Source: a virus (Duplodnaviria; Heunggongvirae; Uroviricota; Caudoviricetes). From it: DNA of 39,954 nt. Position 1 is the first letter of the stretch. Each line of letters opens with the position of its first letter. The translations under genes and the position numbers were made by a program. Positions 18,838 to 30,942 of this stretch are shown here, one piece after another. The notes under the pieces were generated by a model. That model was not told the DNA's origin, did no database searches, and saw only the letters and a program-made list of their open reading frames with translations. The stretch spans positions 1 through 39,954 of IMG/VR virus record IMGVR_UViG_2534681675_000013. The stretch is one strand, 5' to 3'.

Positions 18838-18913
18838 GCTGGTTTAGCTCCAATGGTAGAGCGGTCGCCTTGTAAGCGAATGGGTAGCGGTTCAAGTCCG
18901 TTAACCAGCACCA
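18838..18913 (+). tRNA. tRNA-like gene, anticodon TGT (Thr)
   Basis: Hand-folded: perfect 7-bp acceptor stem GCTGGTT/AACCAGC, D-arm GCTC-CAATGGTA-GAGC, anticodon loop CTTGTAA, T-arm AGCGG-TTCAAGT-CCGTT, discriminator A plus CCA. Confidence 0.55.
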
Positions 18914-19030
18914 TAACTGAGCCGTAGCCACTGGCTATCCTGAACTCATCAGTGATAGTTATGCCGCGGCCTTCTTTTTCCCCTTCCCAATATAAGAACT
19001 ACGCAATCCGTTACTTGCGGAGGCGTTGCT

Positions 19031-19246
19031 ATGAAATCAATGGACAAAATCTCTACTGGCATTGCCTACGGAACATCCGCGGGTAGTGCGGGATACTGGT
19101 TTTTGCAGTGGTTGGATCAGGTCAGTCCATCACAGTGGGCTGCGATTGGAGTGCTTGGAAGCCTTGTGTTGGGCTTTCTCACCTATCTGACAAATCTGTA
19201 CTTCAAAATCAGAGAAGACAGAAGAAAGGCTGCGAGAGGTGAATAA
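19031..19246 (+). CDS. S: Pinholin S (phage 21 type), dual-start
   Basis: 71 aa [71 protein letters not shown]; two in-frame Met (M1 and M4) and two TM segments, as in S21. Confidence 0.9.
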   Translation: MKSMDKISTGIAYGTSAGSAGYWFLQWLDQVSPSQWAAIGVLGSLVLGFLTYLTNLYFKIREDRRKAARGE

Positions 19247-19743
19247 TGCCTCCATCATTACGAAAAGCCGTTGCTGCGGCTATTGGTGGCGGGGCTATTG
19301 CTATAGCATCTGTGTTAATCACTGGCCCAAGTGGTAACGATGGTCTGGAAGGCGTCAGCTACGTACCATATAAAGATATCGTTGGTGTATGGACTGTATG
19401 TCACGGACACACCGGAAAAGACATTATTCCCGGTAAAACGTATACCGAAGCAGAATGCAAAGCCCTCCTGAATAAAGACCTTGCTACGGTCGCCAGACAA
19501 ATTAACCCGTACATCAAAGCTGATATACCAGAAACAACACGCGGCGCTCTTTACTCGTTCGTTTACAACGTGGGCGCTGGCAATTTCAGAACATCGACGC
19601 TTCTTCGCAAAATAAACCAGGGCGATATCAAAGGCGCATGTGATCAACTACGTCGCTGGACATATGCTGGCGGTAAGCAATGGAAAGGGCTGATGACTCG
19701 CCGTGAGATTGAGCGTGAAGTCTGTTTGTGGGGGCAGCAATGA
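19246..19743 (+). CDS. R: SAR endolysin R (lysozyme)
   Basis: 165 aa with N-terminal signal-anchor-release segment ([20 protein letters not shown]) and lysozyme-like body; start overlaps S stop. Confidence 0.9.
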   Translation: MPPSLRKAVAAAIGGGAIAIASVLITGPSGNDGLEGVSYVPYKDIVGVWTVCHGHTGKDIIPGKTYTEAECKALLNKDLATVARQINPYIKADIPETTRGALYSFVYNVGAGNFRTSTLLRKINQGDIKGACDQLRRWTYAGGKQWKGLMTRREIEREVCLWGQQ

Positions 19744-20177
19744 GCAGAGTAACCGCGATTATTTACGCTCTGGTTATCTGCATCATCGTCTGCCTGTCAT
19801 GGGCTGTTAATCATTACCGTGATAACGCAATCGCCTACAAAGAGCAGCGCGATAAAGCCACGTACATCATCGCTGACATGCAGAAGCGTCAACGTGATGT
19901 AGCAGAACTCGACGCCAGATACACAAAGGAGCTTGCTGATGCTAACGCGACTATCGAAAGTCTCCGTGCTGATGTTTCTGCTGGTCGTAAGCGCCTGCAA
20001 GTCGCCGCCACCTGTGCAAAGTCAACGACCGGAGCCAGCAGCATGGGCGATGGAGAAAGCCCAAGACTTACAGCAGATGCTGAACTCAATTATTACCGTC
20101 TCCGAAGTGGAATCGACAGGATAACCGCGCAGGTTAACTACCTGCAGGAGTACATCAGGACGCAATGCCTGAAATGA
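19740..20177 (+). CDS. Rz: Spanin inner-membrane subunit Rz
   Basis: Internal start [39 protein letters not shown]..., lambda Rz-like; ATGA-coupled to R. Confidence 0.85.
   Translation: MSRVTAIIYALVICIIVCLSWAVNHYRDNAIAYKEQRDKATYIIADMQKRQRDVAELDARYTKELADANATIESLRADVSAGRKRLQVAATCAKSTTGASSMGDGESPRLTADAELNYYRLRSGIDRITAQVNYLQEYIRTQCLK
19933..20124 (+). CDS. Rz1: Spanin outer-membrane lipoprotein Rz1 (embedded in Rz, +1 frame)
   Basis: Embedded ORF with hydrophobic leader and lipobox (LLVVSAC) followed by a proline-rich segment; exact start among M1/M3/M14 is uncertain. Confidence 0.6.
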   Translation: MLMLTRLSKVSVLMFLLVVSACKSPPPVQSQRPEPAAWAMEKAQDLQQMLNSIITVSEVESTG

Positions 20178-20212
20178 TCGGGCGATGAAAAACAAAAAAA
20201 CAGGAGCAATAC

Positions 20213-20488
20213 ATGACTAAGCTTTATCACCGCATCTCAACTTTTCTCTCTGGTTGCTGGGCGTTTATCACGTCTATTTCGATCGCCATCTTTAGTTTCG
20301 GTAGCACAGCGTGCTCGCTTAGTCGGGGTCTGTGGCGTGCTATTTCAGCACTAGCGCCGAAATTTTTACCTGAAAAGGCTGTTTGGCGAATTGTAGAGCG
20401 AATGTGTAGTGAGAGCGTTCGCGAGAAGATTAACGTATTTGGACGTCATCCTCGAAATACAGGCGCATTGTGCAGTCCGTTACTGTAG
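20213..20488 (+). CDS. Hypothetical small membrane protein (91 aa) downstream of lysis genes
   Basis: ATG with CAGGAG upstream; one hydrophobic segment (FLSGCWAFITSISIAIFSFG); occupies the moron slot after Rz. Confidence 0.35.
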   Translation: MTKLYHRISTFLSGCWAFITSISIAIFSFGSTACSLSRGLWRAISALAPKFLPEKAVWRIVERMCSESVREKINVFGRHPRNTGALCSPLL

Positions 20489-20782
20489 TCATTACAAAGC
20501 TCATCTACGGGTGGGCTTGATAATGAAACCGGAATTTATTCTGGGCAACCAGTTACGGCAGTACAGCGAAACAACCCAAGCCAGTAAGTGGGGAAATAAC
20601 ACTGGCAGCCACTGAAAGATGAACCTCCTGCCTTATGGCAAAAAAGATTCTTTGTGGTGGCGGACTGATGGAAAGACATCGGTTATTGCAGAGACCATTC
20701 AATGAGTGGTCTCGACAATAGCTTATACCCTACACGGGATAACTTAACTGATATCCCTTTTAACGGATAAACGGAGCCAACA

Positions 20783-21025
20783 ATGGCAGAGATTATTCCC
20801 ATGACTGAAGAACAGAAATTCCAGTTAGAGATTTACAAACTGGTCATGAACCAGAACGCAGCCGCAGAGGAAGCATTTCAGTTCATTGGCACTGACGAAC
20901 TGAAGCTTGAGCTATTCAAAATTCACTTCCAGTCAGGTGGCGCTAATTCAGATATCACGACCAGAACTATCGAAGCGGTGCGTAAATCGAAGGAAGCGTT
21001 AGACCTGTTCACTACCGGAGCATGA
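20783..21025 (+). CDS. Hypothetical protein (80 aa) upstream of small terminase
   Basis: ATG with GGAG upstream; conserved position ahead of gene 3 in P22-like genomes. Confidence 0.5.
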   Translation: MAEIIPMTEEQKFQLEIYKLVMNQNAAAEEAFQFIGTDELKLELFKIHFQSGGANSDITTRTIEAVRKSKEALDLFTTGA

Positions 21026-21054
21026 TGCTCAACCTGAAATAACAACTAAGTGAG

Positions 21055-21549
21055 ATGAATATGGCAGCACCAAAGGGCAACCGATTTTGGGAGGCCCGCA
21101 GTAGTCATGGGCGAAATCCTAAATTCGAATCGCCTGAGGCGCTGTGGGCTGCTTGTTGTGAATACTTCGAGTGGGTGGAAGCTAACCCGCTATGGGAGAT
21201 GAAGGCGTTCTCGTATCAGGGTGAAGTGATACAAGAGCCTATCGCCAAGATGCGAGCGATGACCATTACCGGCCTCACTCTGTTCATTGATGTGACGCTT
21301 GAAACATGGCGCACATATCGCCTGAGAGAAGATTTATCTGAAGTCGTTACGCGAGCAGAGCAGGTCATCTACGATCAGAAATTCTCTGGCGCAGCCGCTG
21401 ACCTTCTCAACGCTAACATCATCGCCCGTGATTTGGGCCTCAAAGAGCAGTCGCAAGTTGAAGACGTGACACCTGATAAGGGAGATCGCGATAAGCGACG
21501 CTCTCGTATCAAGGAGCTATTCAACCGTGGAACTGGACGCGATTCTTGA
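21055..21549 (+). CDS. Terminase small subunit (P22 gp3-like)
   Basis: Sequence ...[50 protein letters not shown]... matches P22 gp3 as recalled; true start may be the ATG 6 nt downstream. Confidence 0.85.
   Translation: MNMAAPKGNRFWEARSSHGRNPKFESPEALWAACCEYFEWVEANPLWEMKAFSYQGEVIQEPIAKMRAMTITGLTLFIDVTLETWRTYRLREDLSEVVTRAEQVIYDQKFSGAAADLLNANIIARDLGLKEQSQVEDVTPDKGDRDKRRSRIKELFNRGTGRDS
21328..21349 (+). other. Candidate P22-type pac site inside the small terminase gene
   Basis: GAAGATTTATCTGAAGTCGTTA found within gene 3; this matches my recollection of the P22 pac sequence, which I cannot verify here. Confidence 0.5.
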
Positions 21550-23026
21550 TAACCTGAGCGACGAAGAGCAAATCGAGTTGCTCGAGCTACTCGAAGAAGA
21601 AGAGAACTACCGGAACACACACCTGCTATATGAATTTACGCCATACAGCAAACAGCGTGAGTTCATCGACGCCGGACATGACTATCCAGAGCGATGTTTT
21701 ATGGCTGGTAACCAGCTTGGTAAGTCATTTACTGGTGCTGCTGAAGTCGCGTTTCACCTTACTGGGCGTTATCCGGGAACAAAAGGCTATCCGGCTGATG
21801 GTAAATATGGCGGGGAGTGGAAAGGTAAGCGTTTCTATGAGCCTGTTGTCTTCTGGATTGGTGGCGAGACAAACGAGACTGTAACCAAAACGACTCAACG
21901 CATCCTGTGCGGTCGTATCGAAGAGAATGGTGAACCTGGCTACGGTTCCATACCGAAAGAAGACATCATTAGCTGGAAGAAGTCTCCTTTCTTTCCGAAC
22001 CTTGTTGATCACCTTCTGGTTAAGCATCACACGGCTGATGGCGTTGAAGATGGCATTTCAATCTGTTACTTCAAACCATACTCGCAAGGCCGTGCTCGAT
22101 GGCAGGGTGACACAATCCACGGTGTGTGGTTTGACGAAGAGCCACCATACAGCATTTATGGCGAAGGGCTTACCCGTACCAACAAATACGGGCAATTCTC
22201 AATTCTGACGTTTACCCCGCTGATGGGGATGTCTGACGTTGTTACCAAGTTCCTGAAGAATCCCAGCAAGTCTCAGAAAGTGGTCAACATGACCATCTAT
22301 GACGCTGAGCACTACACCGACGAGCAGAAAGAGCAAATCATCGCATCCTATCCTGAGCATGAGAGAGAGGCGCGTGCTCGCGGTATTCCTACGATGGGTA
22401 GCGGGCGAATATTCCAGATACCGGAAGAGACGATTAAGTGTCAGCCGTTCGAGTGTCCTGATCACTTCTACGTAATTGGCGGGATGGATTTCGGATGGGA
22501 TCACCCGCAGGCGCATGTTCAGCTTTGGTGGGATAAAGACGCAGACACAATCTACGTTTCACGCGTGTGGAAGGCGAAAGAAAAAACAGCCGTTCAGGCG
22601 TGGGGAGCCGTTAAATCATGGGCGCATAAAGTGCCAACCGCATGGCCTCATGACGGAAACCAGCATGAGAAGGGCGGCGGTGAGCAGCTCAAAGGGCAGT
22701 ATGCAGACGCTGGATTTATGATGTTACAGGAGCATGCGACATGGCCTGATGGCGGTAATGCTGTTGAGCCTGGCATCACTGAATTGCGCGACATGATGCT
22801 CGATGGTCGCTTCAAAGTATTCAACACCTGTGAGCCATTCTTTGAGGAGTTCCGCCTCTATCACCGTGATGAAAACGGGAAAATCGTCAAGCTTAACGAC
22901 GACGTTCTCTCAGCCGTTCGCTATGCATACATGATGCGCCGCTTTGCCAAAATGATGCGCGACATCAAAAAACCAAAAGAGAAAAAGATACCAGCCCCAA
23001 TCAGGCCCATCGCACGGAGAACTTAA
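21527..23026 (+). CDS. Terminase large subunit (P22 gp2-like)
   Basis: 499 aa; N-terminus [37 protein letters not shown] and P-loop-like GNQLGKS; same length as P22 gp2. Confidence 0.95.
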   Translation: MELDAILDNLSDEEQIELLELLEEEENYRNTHLLYEFTPYSKQREFIDAGHDYPERCFMAGNQLGKSFTGAAEVAFHLTGRYPGTKGYPADGKYGGEWKGKRFYEPVVFWIGGETNETVTKTTQRILCGRIEENGEPGYGSIPKEDIISWKKSPFFPNLVDHLLVKHHTADGVEDGISICYFKPYSQGRARWQGDTIHGVWFDEEPPYSIYGEGLTRTNKYGQFSILTFTPLMGMSDVVTKFLKNPSKSQKVVNMTIYDAEHYTDEQKEQIIASYPEHEREARARGIPTMGSGRIFQIPEETIKCQPFECPDHFYVIGGMDFGWDHPQAHVQLWWDKDADTIYVSRVWKAKEKTAVQAWGAVKSWAHKVPTAWPHDGNQHEKGGGEQLKGQYADAGFMMLQEHATWPDGGNAVEPGITELRDMMLDGRFKVFNTCEPFFEEFRLYHRDENGKIVKLNDDVLSAVRYAYMMRRFAKMMRDIKKPKEKKIPAPIRPIARRT

Positions 23027-25192
23027 ATGGCCGACGAAAACAGACTCAATTCCATTCTGTGTAAGTTTGACGCGGACTGGATGGCGAGCGATGAAGCCAG
23101 AACCGAGGCGACAAATGACCTGTATTTTAGCCGAGTGTCGCAATGGGATGACTGGCTATCAAACTACACCACCCTGCAATATCGCGGACAATTCGATGTT
23201 GTCCGCCCGGTTGTCAGGAAACTGGTCGCAGAGATGCGCCGTAACCCTATCGACGTTCTCTTCAGACCAAAAGACGGCGCTAATCCTGATGCTGCCGATG
23301 TGTTGATGGGAATGTATCGTACTGATATGCGCCATAACACGGCAAAAATTGCCGTTAACGTTGGCGTTCGTGAGCAGATAGAGTCCGGCGTTGGTGCATG
23401 GCGTCTGGTCACACAGTACGAAGACAACGACCCAACAAGCAACAATCAGGTAATCCGACGCCTGCCAATCCATGAAGCCTGCTCACACGTCATATGGGAC
23501 GCCAACAGCAAGCAGATGGATAAGAGCGACGCTAAGCACTGCACGGTGATTAACGCTTTGTCACGCAATGGCTGGAAAGAGTTCGCAGAGGATTACGGTA
23601 TTGATCCTGACACCTTGCCATCTTTCCAGAATCCTAACGATACATGGCTATTCCCGTGGGTGTCGAATGATGTCGTCTACGTCGCTGAGTATTACGAGGT
23701 AGAAGAGAAGAAGGAGAGAGTCTTCATCTACCGCGACCCGCTGACAGGTGAGCCGGTCAGCTATTACCAGCAGGATATCAAAGACGTCATCGACGACCTG
23801 GCTAATCGTGGATTCATTAAGGTAGCAGAGCGCAAGGTGAAGCGTCGGCGTGTGTATAAGTCGATCATCACCTGCACGCAGATACTGAAAGACCGCGAGA
23901 AGATAGCCGGAGAGCATATTCCAATCGTTCCAGTGTATGGTGAATGGTCATTCGCTGGTGACAAGGAGTGCTACGAGGGCGTGGTAAGACTGACGAAAGA
24001 CGGTCAACGCCTTCGTAACATGATCATGTCGTTCAACGCCGATATCGTTGCTCGTTCACCGAAGAAGAAACCTACCTTCTTCCCTGAGCAAATCGAAGGC
24101 TACGAATACATGTACGGTGGAAATGATGACTATCCGTACTATCTGCAGAACAGGACCGATGAAAACGGTAACGACCTGCCGATTGGTCCAATCTCCTACA
24201 TGGAAAACCCTGAAGTGCCGCAAGCCAACGCTTACATGCTTGAGGCTGCCACCAACGCAGTGAAAGAGGTGGCTAGTCTTGGCGTGGATGCGCAGGCGGC
24301 AAACTCTCAGGTCGCTTTCGATACCGTCAATCAACTGAACATGCGGGCAGATCTTGAGACATACGTGTTTCAGGATAACCTGGCTACCGCAATGCGACGT
24401 GATGGCGAGATTTATGCCTCAATGGTCAACGATATTTATGACGTTCCTCGTCATGTAACGCTGACACTTGAAGATGGAAGCGAGAAAGACGTTCAACTCT
24501 ATGCGCAAGTTGTCGATTATCAGTCCGGCAATGTGGTCACACTCAACGACATTCGCGGTCGCTATGAGTGCTATACGGACGTTGGGCCATCCTTCCAGAG
24601 CATGAAGGAACAGAACCGCGCAGAGATTCAGGAGTTACTCACCAAGGTTCCGCAAGGTACTCCAGAGTTCCAGATGCTGATGCTGCAATACTTCACGCTG
24701 CTTGACGGTAAAGGCGTCGAGATGATGCGAGAGTACGCGAACAAGCAACTGGTGATGATGGGGCTGAAGAAACCAGAAACACCTGAAGAGATGGAGATGG
24801 TACAGCAGGCTCAACAGCAGCCGCAGCAGCCATCAGCAGAGCAAATTCAGGCGCAGGGCATTCTTCTGCAAGGTCAGGCTGAATTGCTCAAGGCAGAGAA
24901 CCAACAGGCGCAGATTCAGGTTGAAGCCGCCAAGGTTGAAGCCCAAAACCAACTCAACGCCGCGAAGATTGCAGAAATCTTCAACAATATGGACCTCGAC
25001 AAGCAGGCAGAACTGCGTGAGTACCTCAAGCTCGTAGGTCAATTCCAGCAACAGCGCAGCAAAGATGCTCGTGCTAACGCTGAGCTGCTTCTTAAAGATG
25101 CAGACCAGACTCATTCACAACGCATGGACTTCGCGAATCTTATGCGTCAAGTTCAAATCCCCTCCGGCGGAGTAGCCGAGACACCTCAATAA
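23027..25192 (+). CDS. Portal protein (P22 gp1-like)
   Basis: 721 aa with Q-rich C-terminal barrel region; position and size match P22 portal. Confidence 0.95.
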   Translation: MADENRLNSILCKFDADWMASDEARTEATNDLYFSRVSQWDDWLSNYTTLQYRGQFDVVRPVVRKLVAEMRRNPIDVLFRPKDGANPDAADVLMGMYRTDMRHNTAKIAVNVGVREQIESGVGAWRLVTQYEDNDPTSNNQVIRRLPIHEACSHVIWDANSKQMDKSDAKHCTVINALSRNGWKEFAEDYGIDPDTLPSFQNPNDTWLFPWVSNDVVYVAEYYEVEEKKERVFIYRDPLTGEPVSYYQQDIKDVIDDLANRGFIKVAERKVKRRRVYKSIITCTQILKDREKIAGEHIPIVPVYGEWSFAGDKECYEGVVRLTKDGQRLRNMIMSFNADIVARSPKKKPTFFPEQIEGYEYMYGGNDDYPYYLQNRTDENGNDLPIGPISYMENPEVPQANAYMLEAATNAVKEVASLGVDAQAANSQVAFDTVNQLNMRADLETYVFQDNLATAMRRDGEIYASMVNDIYDVPRHVTLTLEDGSEKDVQLYAQVVDYQSGNVVTLNDIRGRYECYTDVGPSFQSMKEQNRAEIQELLTKVPQGTPEFQMLMLQYFTLLDGKGVEMMREYANKQLVMMGLKKPETPEEMEMVQQAQQQPQQPSAEQIQAQGILLQGQAELLKAENQQAQIQVEAAKVEAQNQLNAAKIAEIFNNMDLDKQAELREYLKLVGQFQQQRSKDARANAELLLKDADQTHSQRMDFANLMRQVQIPSGGVAETPQ

Positions 25193-25205
25193 GAGAGAGT
25201 TAATC

Positions 25206-26117
25206 ATGGAACAAACCACCGACATTCAGGCTTCTGAAGAATTAACCCTACCCGGCAATCATGCAGCGGCATCTGCTGATGGCTTAGTTGTCGATAATGC
25301 CAACGACAACGCAGGTCAGGAAGAAGGCTTCGAGATTGTCCTGAAAGACGATGAGAAACCAAAACAAGACCCGGCAACTAATGCTGAATTTGCCCGTCGC
25401 CGCATCGAACGCAAACGCCAGCGTGAGCTTGAGCAGCAGATGGAAGCGGTTAAGCGTGGAGAGTTGCCGGAGCACCTGCGGGTGAACCCTGAGTTACCAA
25501 AACAACCAGACCCTAACGATTATCTTTCCGAAGATGCACTGGCTAAGTACGACTATGATCAGAGCCGCGCACTGGCTGCCTTCCAGCAGGCAAACAGTGA
25601 ATGGCAGATCAAGGCTATGGACGCACGAAGCCAGGCTGTCGCCGAGCAGGGTCGCAAAACTCAGGAGTTCACCCAGCAATCAGCTCAATACGTCGAGGCA
25701 GCCCGTAAGCACTACGACGCAGCGGAAAAGCTCAATATCCCTGACTATCAGGAGAAAGAGGATGCATTCATGCAACTGGTGCCGCCAGCAGTCGGTGCCG
25801 ACATCATGCGCCTCTTCCCGGAGAAATCCGCTGCTCTCATGTATCACCTTGGTGCTAATCCTGAAAAAACACGCCAGTTGCTGGCGATGGACGGGCAATC
25901 CGCGCTGATTGAACTCACTCGACTGTCAGAACGTTTAACTCTCAAGCCTCGAGCCAAGCCTGTTTCAGAAGCCCCGTTACCTGATGAACCCATTCAGGGA
26001 CACGCTGTTGCTGCAAATATCTCTGCGATTGAAAAGCAGATGGAAGCGGCAGCAAACAAAGGGGATGTAGAGACATACCGCAAGCTCAAGGCGCAACTGA
26101 ATAAAGGAATTCGATAA
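25206..26117 (+). CDS. Scaffolding protein (P22 gp8-like)
   Basis: 303 aa, helical and charged; same length and position as P22 gp8. Confidence 0.9.
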   Translation: MEQTTDIQASEELTLPGNHAAASADGLVVDNANDNAGQEEGFEIVLKDDEKPKQDPATNAEFARRRIERKRQRELEQQMEAVKRGELPEHLRVNPELPKQPDPNDYLSEDALAKYDYDQSRALAAFQQANSEWQIKAMDARSQAVAEQGRKTQEFTQQSAQYVEAARKHYDAAEKLNIPDYQEKEDAFMQLVPPAVGADIMRLFPEKSAALMYHLGANPEKTRQLLAMDGQSALIELTRLSERLTLKPRAKPVSEAPLPDEPIQGHAVAANISAIEKQMEAAANKGDVETYRKLKAQLNKGIR

Positions 26118-27412
26118 TGGCATTAAATGAAGGTCAACTGGTCACGTATGCTCTGGATGAAATCATCGAAACCGTCCAGAACCTGACGCCAATGGCGTCC
26201 AAAGTGACAAAATACACCCCTCCGGCAGAATCCATGCAGCGTTCAAGCAACACCGTGTGGATGCCTGTTGAGCAGGAAGCGCCAACCCAGACTGGCTGGG
26301 ATTTAACTGGCAACGCAACTGGGATTCTGGAACTCTCCGTGAAATGCAACATGGGCGATCCGGATAACGATTTCTTCGAGCTTCGTGCAGATGACCTGCG
26401 TGATGAGCGTTCTTACCGTCGCCGCATCCAGGCATCCGCTAAAAAACTGGCGAATAACATTGAGTCAGCAATTGCCAAACAGGCAACTGAAATGGGCTCA
26501 CTTGTTGTTCACGATACCCGAGCAATTGGTCCATCTACTGGCCTGTCTGGCTGGGATTTTGTGTCTGATGCAGAGCGCCTGATGTTCTCCCGTGAGCTAA
26601 ACCGCGATATGGGCATCAGTTACTTCCTGAACCCTGACGATTACCGCAAAGCAGGCCGCAACCTGGTAGATGGTGACATCTTCGGGCGCGTTCCTGAAGA
26701 AGCGTATCGCAACGGTACTATTCAGCGTCAGATTGCTGGCTTTGATGAAATTCTTCGCTCACCGAAACTTCCGGCAGTTACCAAGTCAACCGCTACTGGT
26801 GTAACTGTTTCTGGTGCGCAGAAGTTTAAGCCGCAGGCATACACTCTTGATACCGATGGTAACAAAGAGAACGTCGACAACCGTGTTGCAACGGTGACCG
26901 TATCCTCCACCACCGGGTTTAAGCGCGGCGACAAAATCAGCTTCACTGGTGTGAAATTCCTGTCTCAGATGGCGAAGAACGTGCTGACTGATGATGCTAC
27001 TTTCTCAATCACCCGTGTGATCGATGGTACTCACATCGAAATCACGCCGAAGCCGATTGCGCTTGATGACTCTTCACTGACAAAAGAAGAGAAGGCTTAC
27101 GCTAACGTAAACACCTCTCTTGCTGATTCCACTCCGGTAAACGTTCTGAACGTGGCAACAACCACCGCTAACGTGTTCTGGGCTGATGACTCAATCCGTC
27201 TGCTGTCTCAGCCGATCCCGGTAACCCATGAACTGTTTGCTGGCATGAAAACGTCTTCCTTCAGCATTCCTGGTATTGGTGTTAACGGCATCTTCGCAAC
27301 GCAGGGTGATATCAACACTCTGTCTGGTAAGTGCCGTATTGCTGTGTGGTATTCAGCATGTGCTGTACGACCAGAGGCAATTGGTATTGGTCTGCCTAAC
27401 CAGACCGCGTGA
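26117..27412 (+). CDS. Major coat protein (P22 gp5-like)
   Basis: 431 aa; [19 protein letters not shown]...[20 protein letters not shown] aligns to P22 coat as recalled, at roughly three-quarters identity by eye. Confidence 0.95.
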   Translation: MALNEGQLVTYALDEIIETVQNLTPMASKVTKYTPPAESMQRSSNTVWMPVEQEAPTQTGWDLTGNATGILELSVKCNMGDPDNDFFELRADDLRDERSYRRRIQASAKKLANNIESAIAKQATEMGSLVVHDTRAIGPSTGLSGWDFVSDAERLMFSRELNRDMGISYFLNPDDYRKAGRNLVDGDIFGRVPEEAYRNGTIQRQIAGFDEILRSPKLPAVTKSTATGVTVSGAQKFKPQAYTLDTDGNKENVDNRVATVTVSSTTGFKRGDKISFTGVKFLSQMAKNVLTDDATFSITRVIDGTHIEITPKPIALDDSSLTKEEKAYANVNTSLADSTPVNVLNVATTTANVFWADDSIRLLSQPIPVTHELFAGMKTSSFSIPGIGVNGIFATQGDINTLSGKCRIAVWYSACAVRPEAIGIGLPNQTA

Positions 27413-27418
27413 TAACCA

Positions 27419-27443
27419 GAGGGAGCTTCGGCTCCCTTTTTTA
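27419..27443 (+). terminator. Rho-independent terminator after coat gene
   Basis: GGGAGC-TTCG-GCTCCC hairpin followed by TTTTTT. Confidence 0.7.
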
Positions 27444-27456
27444 TATGGAGACAAGC

Positions 27457-27718
<262 letters not shown>

Positions 27719-27741
<23 letters not shown>

Positions 27742-28219
27742 TTTAGTTCTTGCGGCATTACGTAAGCTCGGTGTGGCATCAAATGCCACGTTAACCGATG
27801 TCGAACCGCAGTCTATGGAAGACGGCGTCAACGACCTTGAAATGATGATGGCTGAATGGCTTGGCGGTGATGCGTCACCTGGTGTCAACGTTGGCTACAT
27901 TTTTGCTGATGCAGATGTTGCTCCGGATCCGGGCGATGAGCACGGTTTATCAAATAACGCTATCAATGCCGTCATTTTCAACCTTGCCTGCCGCATTGCT
28001 CCAGATTATGCGCTGGAAGCGTCTGCAAAACTTATAACCACTGCCAGATACGGGAAAGAGCGACTCGTCAAACTGTCTGCAATGGATAGGGCAAAGGCCG
28101 CTAAATGTAAGTCCGGTTATCCAAACCGTATGCCTGTTGGTAGCGGTAACCAGTTGGCGAAGTGGAACGGTTGGAATTACTTCCACCGGAAGGAACCTTG
28201 CGATAACGGGAGCGAATAA
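27719..28219 (+). CDS. Head completion/tail accessory protein (P22 gp4-like)
   Basis: Internal start [47 protein letters not shown], matching P22 gp4 as recalled; the ORF-track upstream extension is the repeat read out of frame. Confidence 0.85.
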
Positions 28220-29637
28220 TGCCGATTCAGCAACTTCCGCTTATGAAAGGTGTCGGCAAAGACTTTCGAAACGCCGATTATATCGACTATCTGCCAGTGA
28301 ATATGTTGGCTACACCCAAAGAAATCCTCAACAGCAGCGGATATCTTCGCTCATTCCCGGGCATTGCCAAACGTTCTGATGTGAACGGTATATCGCGCGG
28401 CGTCGAATACAACATGGCGCAGAGTGCTGTTTATCGCGTGTGTGGTGGGAAGCTCTACAAAGGCGAAAGCGAAGTCGGTGATGTTGCCGGAAGTGGTCGC
28501 GTATCAATGGCGCATGGTCGGACATCACAGGCGGTAGGCGTTAATGGTCAACTGGTTGAGTATCGCTATGATGGCACGGTTAAAACCGTCTCAAACTGGC
28601 CTACAGACAGCGGATTCACGCAGTATGAGTTAGGTTCGGTTCGCGACATTACGCGCTTGCGCGGGCGTTATGCGTGGTCAAAAGACGGAACTGATTCATG
28701 GTTTATCACTGACCCTGAAGACGAATCGCACCCTGACCGCTACAGCGCACAATATCGCGCAGAATCGCAGCCTGACGGCATCATCGGCATCGGAACATGG
28801 CGAGACTTCATCGTATGCTTTGGTTCATCAACGATTGAATATTTCTCCCTGACGGGTGCAACCACCGTTGGTGCTGCTTTGTATGTCGCACAGCCATCTC
28901 TTATGGTGCAGAAAGGCATTGCCGGGACTTACTGCAAAACGCCATTCGCTGATTCTTATGCGTTCATCAGCAATCCGGCAACGGGTGCGCCGTCTGTATA
29001 CATCATCGGCTCCGGTCAGGTATCACCAATCGCCAGCGCGAGCATTGAGAAAATCCTCCGCTCCTACACTGCTGATGAACTGGCTGATGGCGTGATGGAG
29101 TCTCTGCGATTTGATGCGCATGAGTTGCTGATTATCCATCTTCCGCGCCATGTACTTGTGTACGACGCATCTTCAAGCGCTAATGGTCCGCAATGGTGTG
29201 TGCTGAAAACAGGCCTGTATGACGATGTGTACCGCGCTATCGACTTCATTTTCGAAGGCAATCAGATAACGTGCGGCGATAAACTGGAACCCGTGACCGG
29301 GAAATTGCAATTCGACATCAGCAGCCAGTATGGTCTTCAACAGGAACACCTGCTGTTTACTCCACTCTTCAAAGCAGATAACGCCAGAGTTTTCGACCTT
29401 GAAGTTGAATCTTCAACTGGCGTTGCGCAGTATGCTGACCGCCTGTTCCTCTCTGCAACCACTGACGGCATAAATTATGGGCGTGAGCAGATGATTGAGC
29501 AGAATGAACCGTTCGTTTACGACAAACGCGTTTTGTGGAAACGAGTAGGGCGCATCAGGAAAAACATTGGTTTCAAATTGCGCGTTATCACGAAGTCACC
29601 TGTCACTCTGTCTGGCGCTCAGATAAGGATTGAGTAA
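28219..29637 (+). CDS. Tail accessory protein (P22 gp10-like)
   Basis: 472 aa, same length and position as P22 gp10. Confidence 0.9.
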   Translation: MPIQQLPLMKGVGKDFRNADYIDYLPVNMLATPKEILNSSGYLRSFPGIAKRSDVNGISRGVEYNMAQSAVYRVCGGKLYKGESEVGDVAGSGRVSMAHGRTSQAVGVNGQLVEYRYDGTVKTVSNWPTDSGFTQYELGSVRDITRLRGRYAWSKDGTDSWFITDPEDESHPDRYSAQYRAESQPDGIIGIGTWRDFIVCFGSSTIEYFSLTGATTVGAALYVAQPSLMVQKGIAGTYCKTPFADSYAFISNPATGAPSVYIIGSGQVSPIASASIEKILRSYTADELADGVMESLRFDAHELLIIHLPRHVLVYDASSSANGPQWCVLKTGLYDDVYRAIDFIFEGNQITCGDKLEPVTGKLQFDISSQYGLQQEHLLFTPLFKADNARVFDLEVESSTGVAQYADRLFLSATTDGINYGREQMIEQNEPFVYDKRVLWKRVGRIRKNIGFKLRVITKSPVTLSGAQIRIE

Positions 29638-30485
29638 TGGCGGATTCGAATCTCAATGTGCCGGTAATCATTCAGGCTACACAACTCGACACATCAGTCC
29701 TTCCACGCAATATCTTCTCGCAGTCATATCTGCTGTACGTTATTGCACAGGGCACTGATGTTGGTAACGTGGCTAACAAGGCCAACGAGGCCGGACAGGG
29801 CGCTTATGACGCACAAGTCAGGAACGATGAGCAGGATGTGATTCTCGCTGACCATGAGCAGCGAATTTCTGCTGCGGAAGCAACGCTTGTTAATCATGAG
29901 GAGCGAATCAGCCAGGCAGAATCAACTCTTCAGGAACATGAAACGCGAATCGCTCAGAATGAAAGCGATATTGCGTCGCTTGATACCAGAGTTCAGTCGC
30001 TGGAATCGCAGGTTTCAGACCATGAAACGCGCATTGATGCTCTGGAGTATGCCACTACTCGCAAGAAGTCAGAGGTTGTTTACTCTGGCGTATCTGTAAC
30101 CATCCCGACAGCGCCGACCAACCTTGTTAGCCTGCTGAAAACGCTCACGCCGTCATCCGGCACGTTGGCACCATTCTTCGACACCGTTAACAACAAGATG
30201 GTTGTGTTCAACGAGAACAAAACCTTGTTCTTCAAGCTGTCTATTGTCGGGACGTGGCCCAGCGGAACCACCAACAGGTCAATGCAGCTAACATTTTCCG
30301 GCTCTGTTCCTGACACGTTGGTCAGCAGTCGTAATGCGGCGACAACAACCGACAACATCCTGTTAGCTACGTTCTTCAGCGTGGATAAAGACGGCTTTCT
30401 TGCCACAAATGGCAGCACGTTAACCATTCAGTCGAATGGTGCGGCGTTTACTGCCACAACTATCAAGATAATCGCGGAGCAGTAA
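29637..30485 (+). CDS. Tail needle (P22 gp26-like) with extended C-terminal domain
   Basis: N-terminus [43 protein letters not shown] matches P22 gp26; heptad coiled-coil middle; 282 aa, about 50 aa longer than P22 gp26 (knob-type, as I recall for Sf6). Confidence 0.85.
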   Translation: MADSNLNVPVIIQATQLDTSVLPRNIFSQSYLLYVIAQGTDVGNVANKANEAGQGAYDAQVRNDEQDVILADHEQRISAAEATLVNHEERISQAESTLQEHETRIAQNESDIASLDTRVQSLESQVSDHETRIDALEYATTRKKSEVVYSGVSVTIPTAPTNLVSLLKTLTPSSGTLAPFFDTVNNKMVVFNENKTLFFKLSIVGTWPSGTTNRSMQLTFSGSVPDTLVSSRNAATTTDNILLATFFSVDKDGFLATNGSTLTIQSNGAAFTATTIKIIAEQ

Positions 30486-30940
30486 TGATTCAGTTCAAAC
30501 CAACGCGAAACATCGACCTGATCGAAGCAGTCGGAAATCACCCCGACATTATCACCGGGAGCAACAACGGTGATGGATACGACTACAAGCCTGAATGCCG
30601 TTACTTCGAGGTGAACGTGCACGGGCAGTTCGGCGGCATTGTTTACTATCAGGAGATTCAGCCGCTTACATTCGATTGCCACGCCATGTACCTGCCAGAG
30701 ATTCGCGGCTTCAGCAAGGAAATCGGGCTGGCGTTCTGGCGATACATTCTGACTAACACCACCGTTCAGTGCGTCACATCGTTCGCCGCACGCAAATTCC
30801 GCCACGGGCAGATTTACTGCGTAATGATTGGCCTTAAGCGTGTAGGAACCATCAAGAAATACTTCAAAGGCGTGGATGACGTGACGTTTTACAGCGCCAC
30901 ACGCGAAGAACTAATCGACTTCCTGAATCACGGGAGATAG
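30485..30940 (+). CDS. Tail accessory protein (P22 gp14-like)
   Basis: Position in the conserved order 4-10-26-14-7-20-16. Confidence 0.7.
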   Translation: MIQFKPTRNIDLIEAVGNHPDIITGSNNGDGYDYKPECRYFEVNVHGQFGGIVYYQEIQPLTFDCHAMYLPEIRGFSKEIGLAFWRYILTNTTVQCVTSFAARKFRHGQIYCVMIGLKRVGTIKKYFKGVDDVTFYSATREELIDFLNHGR

Positions 30941-30942
30941 CC

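Noticed and set aside
18914-19030. Possible toxin or cargo gene between the tRNAs and the holin, as in Stx phages
   Set aside because: Only about 118 bp separate the second tRNA from S, with no ORF; no stx-like cargo is present.
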